Shown one piece after another: positions 59,701 to 64,000 of a stretch of DNA of 64,000 bases. Numbering within the stretch: position 1 is the first letter of the stretch; every line of letters starts with the position of its first letter. The notes below the pieces were generated by a model that was not told where the DNA came from, did not search any database, and was given only the letters and a program-made list of their open reading frames with translations. The DNA lies in assembly GCA_963924565.1 (NCBI GenBank), contig OZ004609.1, positions 25,172,001 to 25,236,000 on the forward strand, in the 5' to 3' direction. Position numbers and translations under genes: made by a program. Origin of the DNA: Ascidiella aspersa (lineage: Eukaryota).

Positions 59701-62700
59701 AAGCTTAATTGCATTTAGTCTTTGACATTTATGTACTCGCTGTATACTTTAAAACGAGGCGAATAACGTTTGTGTTGTTTCGTGTACTAGCACGTGTAAA
59801 ATGAAAGGACAATTCAAAGTTTCGTTAATATATTTTAATAAAATTAAAAATATATAGTTGTTATGTAGTATGAAGGCACTGTATGAAATTTAGTGAGAAC
59901 ATGCGCATTCAAAAAACTGTTCTCTTTCTACTTGGGGTCGTACAGAGCCATCCAGCAATACCCTTTTCTTTATCGAGGAGTTTTGTGTAGGTACACACGC
60001 AAATTGCGTCAGCAAACAAGGTTCGTTATTAGCCCCGTCTCAAAAGATAAGGACGCCACGCTCTGTAAACGCCTGACATACTTTTGGCAAGATTTTCAGT
60101 TTGATGGCTGCAGTTTTGAAAACGAAATTCAAGTTTTGCATTATAAGCATGATTGACTTTTTCGACACGGTTGAAGTTGGCGGAAAGTGCAGGCCAGTGT
60201 CACATTTTCCGTTTCAATTAACATACTTTTCTAGCATTATGATATCGGTTTCTTTCATAAGTTTAATCTGAATAGCATTAGGAGGGTTGCGACTTTTATA
60301 GTGAACTAATTACAACTATGACTACTTTTTAGGTGGTACAGCTACGAAGCACAGGCTTGTAGAAGTAACAGCAGCACGACCACTTAGCCACTGAACAGCA
60401 CAAACCAACACAATACGTGATGTACTTATGGTCAATGCTCAAACAGACACATACGTCACGAAACGATGATGCTTTTATCACAGAACGAATGGAAAAGGCT
60501 ATATACTGACGAGAAGACAGAACAAGGTAACACTGGCAAAGGACGACAGTATGACTAAAAATTATTTACTACCTGAACCCCGCATCCGATGATTAAGGTC
60601 TTTGCAATGCAAACAATAATAGAGTTTAGTTCGACAATTTTTTTACCTTTAGATTGACAAAGTTTAACAAGCGAAATTTAAACCATATTAGGACACAGTT
60701 TCATCAGATAGTAGCCTTTGTTGTAATAATATCAGATACATGTTGTACATACTGCTTGGCCTCCCAGTTATATAAATAGCTGTTTTAGCGGAAAAATACG
60801 GGCTTGAAAACAGAGTGAAACAATTATAATTGACGTCTTCTAAATCACAATTCACAGAGGGGCTTGTTCCGCGTACCCCAAATCACTGCGCTTTATTGAT
60901 TGCGCAGCAGCAATTTATTGATTTTGGGTTAAGGCATAGGATGACAGAAAAGGCTCCCGGCCAGTTACTTGTCAAAGGTTTGCCCAGGATCTGGTTTATT
61001 TAAAGGTCACCTTAAACAAGCCAAGCAATTATTGGGCGCAGAAGGTGAGCGGCAAAGAACGAACGCCTTACCCTAGCAAAGGTCTATAAAATATTCATGC
61101 AAACCCAATCTACAGGGCGCCTTCAATTTCAAAGGGCCTTTTACTTGGCCGTTTCCCAAATCGTTTTTACACCGTTTTCAAATCGGTTTCCTGGTAACTT
61201 ACAAACTTATAGATAGCCAGTGTGAGTTGGCTCAGTGGAAGACGCTGATGAGATAGTATACATTCCCGACAAAAGATGACCCACATTAGCCTTATGAAAG
61301 TAGGACGACCCGCTTCCGCGTTAGCTTTACTCGCCCACTTTTATTGGGCAAGATTGCTATGCGGGAAAACGAAACTTGCGCCTAATATCTTGGTTCCACT
61401 TAACAACAAAAACTCGCGGTTTCATAGCGGATGTCACGTAAATAGTTCAACTTGCTTACATTCGTGACAAACGCGAAAAATAAAGGCAAAAAGTTAGTCT
61501 ACGATACTGAAAAAAAAATAAGGCAAAATATGTTTAGAAAACAGGAACTACTAAAAACACATAAAATAGACAACTTACTGTGCCCAAGACCCTGTAGAAA
61601 ATAGATGATGGATTCTGCGCACTTGAAGATCTGTTCTTCCAACATCATTCCACCTGCATCAGACATCTGTGAAATACAGTTTAAAATAAAATTGATACAC
61701 TAGTTCAGAAGGAGAATTTAGTTTCTTTAAAACTATGCATATCAGATGTCAACCGATGGCTTTCTTATTATTGCAGGATCTAATCATGAAACCAATTAAC
61801 TCGAAGCACATGTTTTTTGTTGTAAGTTTGAAGCCCATGAAGTAAAACATGGTTTGAATTGAGATTTATTAAAATGTAATAAGCAGTACATCACAAAACA
61901 AACAGAAGCACTGAGTTCAACTCTAACACAACCTAATAAATGAAAAACACTTTCTGCATTTCACATACAACTTATCAATAAAATCTACCTTCAAGAAAGT
62001 GCTTTTGGTTGGGTTAAGACGGGTGTTGGTTTCCACAGCATCGTCAATGAATGGTGATAGATCGCCAACAAGAATGAGTGTCTGACAGGAGAGAGTCGTT
62101 TTGTTGATAAGTTGGGGGTCCGGGGAGCGAACCAGGTTGATATCATCACGCCTAAACATGGTTGTTTTAATAGGTTAATAGCTGTTAAATTCATAATACT
62201 GATGGTTATGTAGAAAATCATAACGAAAATATACATGCAATGTCCAATTTTGTAAACAAGTGCAAGTTAGGTATCCAATTACCTCTCATACTCCTTAAAG
62301 AAGGCAGCTACATTGTCAGCGTTCATGAACTGCTTAAAATGTTTGCGGTGATTTTCCAGCAATTCCTGATTGACAAGCTCCACTTCCGACTAAAACAAGA
62401 TACACTATTAGTATAACACAAAGCAACTTGATACAAGCTTGTTAGTATAGTTTATTTAGCCTAACAAACACTAGGAAGAACTAAGTTAGTACCACAACAA
62501 ACGTTTTTAAATCTATCTACAAACAACACAACAAAAGTTTTTTTTCAAAAACAGGCTATTAACAAATTGTTTGTTATCATCGGTTACCAAATTTATCTTA
62601 CGTAAAGGGCTAATGGTCAGTTTGTCTGGTAAGTATGCAAAGTTGACATACCTTGGTAAAATGGTAGTTCATCATTTGGTCCACAAAAGGAGTAGTGATG

Positions 62701-63909
62701 TTGGTTAGCTAAAAACGAAAGCTGATTAACTATGCGCAAATTGGTGTAAAATTGTATTGTTTGATATGGCTGTAACTACCTGAAAGTAAATAAAACGGGG
62801 GGTGTGGCATTACTACGTGACAGCAGTCATGAAATCCAACACAAATATTTGTAATGGCGGTAAACAAGCAAAGTAAAGTTTTAAAAGCAATACTACACTT
62901 GGTTAATCAGGTGCAATAAAAACTTTGTATCACAGGGTTAGAAAGAATTCTAATCCAAAAGCAGAAGCTTTGCTATAACTTCATACAGTAAGATATGTGT
63001 GACAACCTCTGTTTTATATTAATAGACAGGAGAACCTTTTGTGCTTTCCCCCAGGAATAGCTCAGCCTTTAGGTGACCATCTCCCTAGGTATTTAACCAT
63101 ATAATTTATATTAAGCAGGCATCACTCGTGCTTAGTGACTTTAAGAACAAAAATCAGCTTACTAAAATCAAGGTAACAACATTTTAGCATATGTTGCTTA
63201 CTTGAAACCTAACAATTACATGGTGGGTGAATGAGTTTAACAAATTTTTATTTTTATTTGACACACTGCACTCTAAAAGCAGTTTGCAAAATGTGAAAAA
63301 TTAAACATAAAAATGAGCAGTTAAAATACATGTGTTTTTACCTTTTCTCCAATCCATGATAGGTTGCCAACTGTCGCCACAGTTGGGTTTACCACAATCA
63401 AGCCTTCCACCATGTTGGGGTTCTTCATCTAAATGTTGGTTTTTTGTATTAAGTACTGTCATTAGGATTGACAAAATACATTTTTTGTCAAATTTAAATA
63501 TCTATATTTAATATCTAAAAAATCCATTTAAAACAGAGGTGATTAAAATCAACAGTTTCAAGCGTTTTAGGAATACTCTGCTATAAGCATAAAAACAACA
63601 TGTTAATACACAACTTAACGAAAAAACATCAATAAACAAAATGTAATAACCGCTTGGTTAGTTCACATTAATACAAAACACCAACCCTAGCTAACAACTT
63701 ACTGCAAAGCGAAGAAAAACGTTGGCTCCAGCACCACAACCAAAACAAACAGCATTTTTAATACTGAAAAATTAAAAGAGAAAAAAATTTGTAGCAGTGA
63801 GTACATTAAATAGGCATACGAAAAATCAAATTGTCATAAAGCTTACCCGAAATGCGAAAACACATTAGGCAACATGTCGGATAAGTTCTCCATGGAGGGG
63901 TACACATAA
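56627..63909 (-). CDS. NDRG: NDRG family protein (non-catalytic alpha/beta-hydrolase fold), 5'-partial; shown with the preferred last exon
   Basis: Exons are colinear with NDRG1-4: YVYPSMENLSDMLP, GCGAGANVFLRFA, PNMVEGLIVVN, TLSCQTLILVGDLSPFIDDAVETNTRLNPTKSTFLKMSDAGG, YFLQGLG, MTRLARSRTIS. The gene continues beyond the window end. Confidence 0.93.
56847..57127. mobile_element. hAT MITE (CAGTGGTTCCCAA-type)
   Basis: TIRs CAGTGGTTCCCAA / TTGGGAGCCACGG; TSD AAATAGGG / AAATTGGG (7/8). Confidence 0.75.
57200..58373 (+). mobile_element. Non-autonomous hAT element (Buster/SPIN-like deletion derivative)
   Basis: Perfect 14-bp TIR CAGGGGCGGGCAAC/GTTGCCCGCCCCTG; perfect 8-bp TSD ATTTAGAC (57192-57199, 58374-58381); GGCCCG subterminal motifs; transposase N-terminal remnant at 57460-57540. 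Confidence 0.93.
58839..58867 (-). CDS. NDRG: NDRG candidate last exon A ((G)LSADVAEI*)
   Basis: ttgtattag|GT; phase-1 compatible; short, so weakly supported. Confidence 0.4.
59241..59351 (-). CDS. NDRG: NDRG exon (PGVMMTRLARSRTISASSGGSDGDTKRMRTISSGST)
   Basis: ttttgtcttag| ... |gtgggt; phase 1 to 1; matches NDRG MTRLMRSRTAS. Confidence 0.88.
61579..61666 (-). CDS. NDRG: NDRG exon (MSDAGGMMLEEQIFKCAESIIYFLQGLGH)
   Basis: atttcacag| ... |gtaagt; phase 0 to 1. Confidence 0.92.
61989..62151 (-). CDS. NDRG: NDRG exon (RDDINLVRSPDPQLINKTTLSCQTLILVGDLSPFIDDAVETNTRLNPTKSTFLK)
   Basis: tgtttag| ... |gtagat; inside track ORF 61923..62159. Confidence 0.94.
62283..62389 (-). CDS. NDRG: NDRG exon (SEVELVNQELLENHRKHFKQFMNADNVAAFFKEYE)
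   Basis: tgttttag| ... |gtaatt; phase 0 to 2. Confidence 0.9.
62652..62708 (-). CDS. NDRG: NDRG exon (LTNITTPFVDQMMNYHFTK)
   Basis: gtttttag| ... |gtatgt; phase 0 to 0. Confidence 0.88.
63342..63428 (-). CDS. NDRG: NDRG exon (MKNPNMVEGLIVVNPTVATVGNLSWIGEK)
   Basis: catttag| ... |gtaaaa; phase 0 to 0. Confidence 0.92.
63703..63763 (-). CDS. NDRG: NDRG exon (IKNAVCFGCGAGANVFLRFA)
   Basis: atttttcag| ... |gtaagt; Gly at the nucleophile position, as in NDRG pseudo-hydrolases. Confidence 0.92.
63847..63909 (-). CDS. NDRG: NDRG exon (YVYPSMENLSDMLPNVFSHFG)
   Basis: ttttgcag| ... |gtaagc; phase 2 to 2. Confidence 0.92.
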
Positions 63910-64000
63910 CTGCAAAAGTATACAACAAAATAAGTTCCCAATAACTAATAATCTCTAAAAATGATAAATGGGACATACTGTTGTTTTAAAATATTTACAA

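Noticed and set aside
61245-61290. CTGATGA hammerhead ribozyme core (also about 3936, and about 60703 on minus)
   Set aside because: No stem II followed by GAAA.

Overview
Eukaryotic animal DNA, most likely an ascidian/tunicate (inferred from gene style, short AT-rich introns and mosaic CpG pattern; not proven). Three genes can be reconstructed by hand with consistent splice phases. (1) FoxF on +, two coding exons (23052-24699, 33842-33996; 600 aa) split by a 9.1-kb phase-1 intron; exon 2 is missed by the ORF track and encodes the FoxF-type C-terminus (MDRK...YYDSKSCAM*). (2) DUS2 on -, 13 coding exons from 55113 to 43889 (451 aa). (3) The 3' part of an NDRG gene on -, 8 exons from 63909 to 59241, followed by at least three phase-compatible candidate last exons, the most distal stopping only 262 nt upstream of the DUS2 ATG. 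The first 23 kb, the FoxF intron and about 9 kb downstream contain no recognisable coding sequence. They consist of alternating CpG-rich blocks and AT-rich spacers, rich in forkhead, GATA-like, homeodomain and Ets motifs, consistent with a large FoxF regulatory landscape. Several hAT-type non-autonomous transposons with 8-bp TSDs cluster in DUS2/NDRG introns, and one carries a Buster/SPIN-like transposase remnant. No RNA genes or CRISPR arrays could be supported.
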